Positions 60,001 to 64,000 of a DNA stretch of 64,000 nucleotides are shown piece by piece. The DNA comes from a bacterium (lineage in GTDB: Bacteria > UBP6 > UBA1177). The stretch spans positions 10,197 through 74,196 of the forward strand of contig JAFYIZ010000047.1 in the NCBI GenBank assembly GCA_017538365.1. The letters are read 5' to 3'. Position numbers and translations under genes: made by a program. Position 1 is the stretch's first letter. Every line of letters begins with the position of its first letter. Under the pieces are notes generated by a model. The model was not told the origin of the DNA, made no database searches, and saw only the letters and a list, made by a program, of their open reading frames with translations.

Positions 60001-60011
60001 ACATCAGTTCG

Positions 60012-60101
60012 TGACAAATTGTCAATTTGCCGAATTGGCATTTTTCTTATTCTTGTAAACTCTTGAAATTATTTGTAAAATTTTGTGGCACTCGAGTTGC
60101 T
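60012..60101 (+). promoter_or_regulatory. Sigma54 -24/-12 promoter with two upstream palindromes
   Basis: TGGCAC-TCGAG-TTGCT at 60086-60101; TGACAAATTGTCA (60012) and TGCCGAATTGGCA (60028). Confidence 0.75.
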
Positions 60102-60152
60102 TAATTTATAGGTTTTAGGTTTTTTGCATTTTTGTTTTTTTAGGAGGTTTTT

Positions 60153-60584
60153 ATGTTGAAGAATTTTTTCAAGGCTTTGATCAAAGCGAATGCAAAAGAG
60201 GCGTCAAAAGGCTTTTCGCTTCTTGAAATCATGGTAACAATCACGATTATGACGATGATCATGGGTGCAGTCGGTGTCGGTGTTATGGGTTATCTCGACA
60301 AATCGAAGATAAAACAGGCGAAAATCGACATCGGCACGATTTCAAACGCCCTTGACCTTTATAAAACCGAGTTCGGACGCTATCCCGACAGCGATGACGG
60401 TCTTTCGAGACTTGTCGAAGAGAAGATTCTCAAAGAAAAGAAAGTTCCTCAGGATCCGTGGGGAAATGAATATGTCTACATTTATCCGGGTTCAAACAAC
60501 GAAGACGGATTTGACCTTTATTCCTTCGGTCCCGACGGTAAAGAGGGCGGAAACGACGATATAACGAACTGGGAAGACGATTAG
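60153..60584 (+). CDS. gspG: Type II secretion major pseudopilin GspG
   Basis: G/FSLLEIMV, ALDLYK...YP...GL..L, DPWGNEYVY, SFGPDG..G..DDI.NW. Confidence 0.93.
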   Translation: MLKNFFKALIKANAKEASKGFSLLEIMVTITIMTMIMGAVGVGVMGYLDKSKIKQAKIDIGTISNALDLYKTEFGRYPDSDDGLSRLVEEKILKEKKVPQDPWGNEYVYIYPGSNNEDGFDLYSFGPDGKEGGNDDITNWEDD

Positions 60585-60586
60585 TT

Positions 60587-61411
60587 ATGAAGAAATCCGG
60601 ATTTTCCATGGTCGAAATGCTCGCCGTAGCGGCTCTGGCGGTGATCATCGCCGGTTTTTCAGTTGCCGGTGTGAACCGCTTCGGGCGCTATCAGGCTCAG
60701 GCCGACATGGGCGGTTTCAACTCTTTTCTGCGCTACAGCTTCATGCAGGCGGTACGCAACAAAGAGTATGTCCGTCTTGTCGTAGACTTGGAAAAGGGGA
60801 GTTACTGGACTGAAAAAAGCGAGACTCCGTTCTATCTTTTTACGGGTGAAGCTGCTGCGGCAAAGGATGAGGAAAACGAAAAACTTATCGAGAGGATGGA
60901 AAACGGCAAGGGAAGCGATCCTTTTGCCGGCAAAGGTTCTGCGCTCGGTGCGGAAAATCTTATCGAAAAGGCGAAACTTCTCACTTCGCAGGAAGAACTG
61001 GAAAATTCGGATTACTACAACTACGAAAATTTCATTCCTGACAGACGCTCTCTGAAACAGATTTTGAAGCCTGAGTTCACGAAAAATTCGGGCGAGAAAA
61101 AATTTTCGAGAGGCTTGATAGTTACAGGCTTTTTTGCGTACCACACGCCTGATGTCGTGAAAAGAAGCGACTTTCTCGATTCTGACAACAAAGGAAAGGA
61201 GCCGAAAGTCTTTATCTACATTTTTCCCGAAGGAAGGATCGAGCCTTTCTATCTTTCGCTCGGCGAGGAGACAGACGACGGTGATGAGAGTTTTGTCTAT
61301 ATCACGTCGGATATGTTTCTCAACGTGAAGATCGAATCGGGCAGTTTTGAAGACGAGATCAATGACATGCGTGATTTGCTGAAAGATCAGGACGCGGAGG
61401 GAAAATCGTGA
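60587..61411 (+). CDS. gspH: Minor pseudopilin GspH-like
   Basis: G/FSMVEML prepilin motif; IFPEG motif; follows gspG. Confidence 0.7.
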   Translation: MKKSGFSMVEMLAVAALAVIIAGFSVAGVNRFGRYQAQADMGGFNSFLRYSFMQAVRNKEYVRLVVDLEKGSYWTEKSETPFYLFTGEAAAAKDEENEKLIERMENGKGSDPFAGKGSALGAENLIEKAKLLTSQEELENSDYYNYENFIPDRRSLKQILKPEFTKNSGEKKFSRGLIVTGFFAYHTPDVVKRSDFLDSDNKGKEPKVFIYIFPEGRIEPFYLSLGEETDDGDESFVYITSDMFLNVKIESGSFEDEINDMRDLLKDQDAEGKS

Positions 61412-62160
61412 TGAGATATGCAGCTCATACACGGCAAAAAGAAATATCTGTCGTCATGTTGAACGAATGTGAAACATCTCAGAGATTCTTCGCTGCGCTC
61501 AGAATGACAGTCCGATCCAAAGGTTTTTCGCTTATCGAAGTCCTTGCGGCGATAACAATCCTTTCAGGTGTCCTTTTTGCAGCTTCGCGAATAATTTCAG
61601 CAAGTTACATTTATGCTTCAAAAGTACACAACATCTATCTCGGAACGGAACTCTGCCGCCTCAAACTCCACGATGTCGAAGAAATCATCAAGCAGGACGG
61701 TCTGCCGGATGACGAAACAGAGGAAGAGGGCGATTTTGAAGACAGGGAATACGAAGGTTTCCGCTGGAAATACTCGGTAAAGCGCGTTTTCATTCCGCTT
61801 CCCGACTTTTCAACTGACGCAGACGACGGTTCTTATCTCGACCAGAGTGCTTCGATGCTCTCTCTGGCGAAAGGAAACATCGAAGATTTCTTCAAAGAAA
61901 GAATACGCAAACTCACCGTTTCGGTTTTCTGGGGCGAAGGTCAGAAGGAGTCTGAAAAAGTGGTTTTTACGGTTTTCCTGACGACCGACGGCACTGTAAA
62001 AACGTTCCAGCAGTATAGTGGCGGCAACAGCGGAAACAACGGGAAAGGCGGCAAAGGTAAAGGGGGCGATGCGCCTAAAAACAGATTCGAAGGGTTGAAC
62101 AAAGGCGGAAGTCAGCAGCCGAACAATATGTTTAACGGCGGAGCAATCAAGGGAAAATGA
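61408..62160 (+). CDS. gspI: Minor pseudopilin GspI-like with elongated leader
   Basis: KG/FSLIEVLAA prepilin motif; EEGDF...FRWKY; alternative start ATG 61504. Confidence 0.7.
   Translation: MMRYAAHTRQKEISVVMLNECETSQRFFAALRMTVRSKGFSLIEVLAAITILSGVLFAASRIISASYIYASKVHNIYLGTELCRLKLHDVEEIIKQDGLPDDETEEEGDFEDREYEGFRWKYSVKRVFIPLPDFSTDADDGSYLDQSASMLSLAKGNIEDFFKERIRKLTVSVFWGEGQKESEKVVFTVFLTTDGTVKTFQQYSGGNSGNNGKGGKGKGGDAPKNRFEGLNKGGSQQPNNMFNGGAIKGK
61452..61508. repeat. CGTC-type REP-like palindrome within the gspI 5' region
   Basis: CGTCATGTTGAACGAATGTGAAACATCT-c-AGAGATTCTTCGCTGCGCTCAGAATGAC. Confidence 0.75.
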
Positions 62161-62810
62161 TGAAAAAAGGTTTCACTCTCATAGAAGTTCTGCTTGCGAT
62201 GAGCATTACGGCGATACTTGTTACGTCGGTTTACTTCTCGTTTTCCAATCTTCTCAGCGGAAGAGCGAAAATAAAGGCGGTCACTGAAAGGGAGCGCGGC
62301 ATATATTTCACTCTTGAACTGATCCGCAGCGATCTGAAAAACGCATATCTCACAGTCAACAAAGGGGCGCCGGAAGAGACTCACAAGACTATTTTCAAGA
62401 GCGAAGACGACGATCCTGTGAGCCATCTCACTTTTGCCACCATCAACCACGTGAAAATGGCGGCTGGAGTCAAACAATGCGACCAGACAGAGATCGAATA
62501 CTACGGCGAGAATATTGACGGTGAAAATGTTCTTATGCGCAGGGAAAGTCTTTGGGTTGACGATGATCCCGAGCGCGGCGGCAACGTCTATCCCGTTTTG
62601 AAAGGTTTTAAAAGCATAAAATTCGAATATTGGCACACGACGACAAAAGAGTGGGTCGATCACTGGAACAGCGAAAGTCTCGACAACGTAAATTCTCTGC
62701 CTCCGAAAGTTAAGATAACGATGATTGCCAAAGAGGGTGAATTCGGCGAGGAAGATTACAAGATAGAAACAGTTGTAAACCTTAAAATGACAAAACCGTT
62801 TAGTTTTTAA
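62157..62810 (+). CDS. gspJ: Minor pseudopilin GspJ
   Basis: KKG/FTLIEVLLA; DLKNA; WVDHW...LPPKVKI. Confidence 0.82.
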   Translation: MMKKGFTLIEVLLAMSITAILVTSVYFSFSNLLSGRAKIKAVTERERGIYFTLELIRSDLKNAYLTVNKGAPEETHKTIFKSEDDDPVSHLTFATINHVKMAAGVKQCDQTEIEYYGENIDGENVLMRRESLWVDDDPERGGNVYPVLKGFKSIKFEYWHTTTKEWVDHWNSESLDNVNSLPPKVKITMIAKEGEFGEEDYKIETVVNLKMTKPFSF

Positions 62811-62811
62811 G

Positions 62812-64000
62812 ATGTTGAAATTATTGGACAAAATAAAGTCAAGTCTGCGCTCGCGGCTGTGCTCGGAAAATGAGCCGGAAGGAAAAAAGCGCGGGTTTGC
62901 CCTTGTTTTAGTTCTGGTCATGATTGCCGTCATGCTGCCGATAGTGAGCGATATGAACTACGAGGCAAAAACCGAATTCGACCTTGCGATGGATTACAAA
63001 CACAAGGCTGAAGCACAGGCTCTGGCTTCAAGTGCGGTCAATTTCGCCGTAGTTATTTTTGATCTTCAGAAACAGGTCGAAAGTCTGCTAAAGCAGTTCA
63101 ACATGTCCAATCAGATAGAAATCTGGGATATAATTCCGATGGATACAGCGCTTTTGCGCACTTTTACAGATGCAGGACCTTTTGTAACCATCGAAGAAGT
63201 CGTTTCGAAAACCGATTCGGACAAGCCTGCCGGGGCTGCGACGAACGATGAAGAGGGTGAACACACTTACACCGAAACGGGTGATCCGATATTCCAGTTC
63301 CCAGGCGATTTTAAGGTCGAGTTCAAAGGCGAAGACACGAAAATCAACCTGAATCAGCTGGCTTACGGCACGAAAGGGGCAATTGTGAAGATGCTCGAAG
63401 CCCTGATAGAACCAGAGTTTTACGACTTCATCTTCCTTGAAAACACATCGAGGGAAGAGTATGTCGACCGTGAAGAGCTTATTCAGAACATTGTCGACTG
63501 GGTCGATATGGGTGATGACAAATATACCGACGGCGCTAAGTATCTGACCGGCGGCGACGAGCAGTCGAACTACGACGACTTCGATCCGCAGTACAAGGTG
63601 AAAAACGCAAAATTCGATACTGTTCAGGAACTTATGATGGTTTACGGCGTCAACGATCTGATTTTCAAGATTTTGGAACCTTACGTCACTATATATTCGA
63701 CTGGCAAAATCAACGTGAACAAAGCCGGACACGAAATGATCGAAGGTCTGATTCGTGCTTATGCGGTCGACAAGGCGCTCACTGTTTTCTACAACGAGGA
63801 CGCGATGCGCGAACTTTTAGGAAAGATTTTGGCGAAACGGGCTCAGTACGGTTTTTCAAAGATTGATGATTTTGTACAGGCGTGTGCCGATGAAGGTATA
63901 AATCTGGACAAATCGATTTCTGAAGTTGCCGATACGACCGGAAGCGTTTACCGCATCAAAGCTGTCGGAATAAAGGAAGGTGTCGAAAGCTGGGTCGAAA
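62812..64000 (+). CDS. gspK: Minor pseudopilin GspK (runs off the window end)
   Basis: Manual translation from ATG 62812: KRG/FALVLVL (no Glu+5), EDTKINLN, IVDWVD, KNAKFDTVQEL, KINVNKA. Confidence 0.88.
   Translation, partial: MLKLLDKIKSSLRSRLCSENEPEGKKRGFALVLVLVMIAVMLPIVSDMNYEAKTEFDLAMDYKHKAEAQALASSAVNFAVVIFDLQKQVESLLKQFNMSNQIEIWDIIPMDTALLRTFTDAGPFVTIEEVVSKTDSDKPAGAATNDEEGEHTYTETGDPIFQFPGDFKVEFKGEDTKINLNQLAYGTKGAIVKMLEALIEPEFYDFIFLENTSREEYVDREELIQNIVDWVDMGDDKYTDGAKYLTGGDEQSNYDDFDPQYKVKNAKFDTVQELMMVYGVNDLIFKILEPYVTIYSTGKINVNKAGHEMIEGLIRAYAVDKALTVFYNEDAMRELLGKILAKRAQYGFSKIDDFVQACADEGINLDKSISEVADTTGSVYRIKAVGIKEGVESWVE

Noticed and set aside
1-64000. Complete DGR locus (RT, avd, template repeat)
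   Set aside because: No ORF with reverse-transcriptase motifs and no AAC-rich non-coding copy of any DUF1566 end found by eye

Overview
64 kb of bacterial chromosome from a moderately AT-rich Gram-negative organism with Myxococcota/deltaproteobacteria-like traits (Myxococcus-type Cys-rich repeats, an AgmX/PglI-type C-terminal domain, a sigma54-type promoter before the type II secretion pseudopilin operon). Taxonomy cannot be fixed from sequence alone. Housekeeping genes (typA, deoC, ribE, ispF, pdxK, maf, tdk, iscS/iscU, htpG, gspG-K) alternate with many exported proteins and lipoproteins bearing Asp/Thr/Ser-rich linkers, four DUF1566 (C-type-lectin-fold) genes (one frameshifted), three PIN toxin-antitoxin pairs and a REP-associated tyrosine transposase. 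I saw no rRNA, tRNA, CRISPR-cas, integrase or reverse transcriptase. The most notable signals are: (1) a four-copy array of co-varying 25-bp palindromes in frame inside an ORF6N DNA-binding gene; (2) DUF1566 3' ends with the codon signature of diversity-generating-retroelement targets, with no TR or RT in the window; (3) a RAYT with three near-identical REPs between two convergent DUF1566 genes; (4) a lipoprotein + metalloprotease gene pair bracketed by inverted ~60-bp elements; (5) a REP-like palindrome in frame in the GspI prepilin leader. Family assignments come from motif recognition by eye, not database searches.
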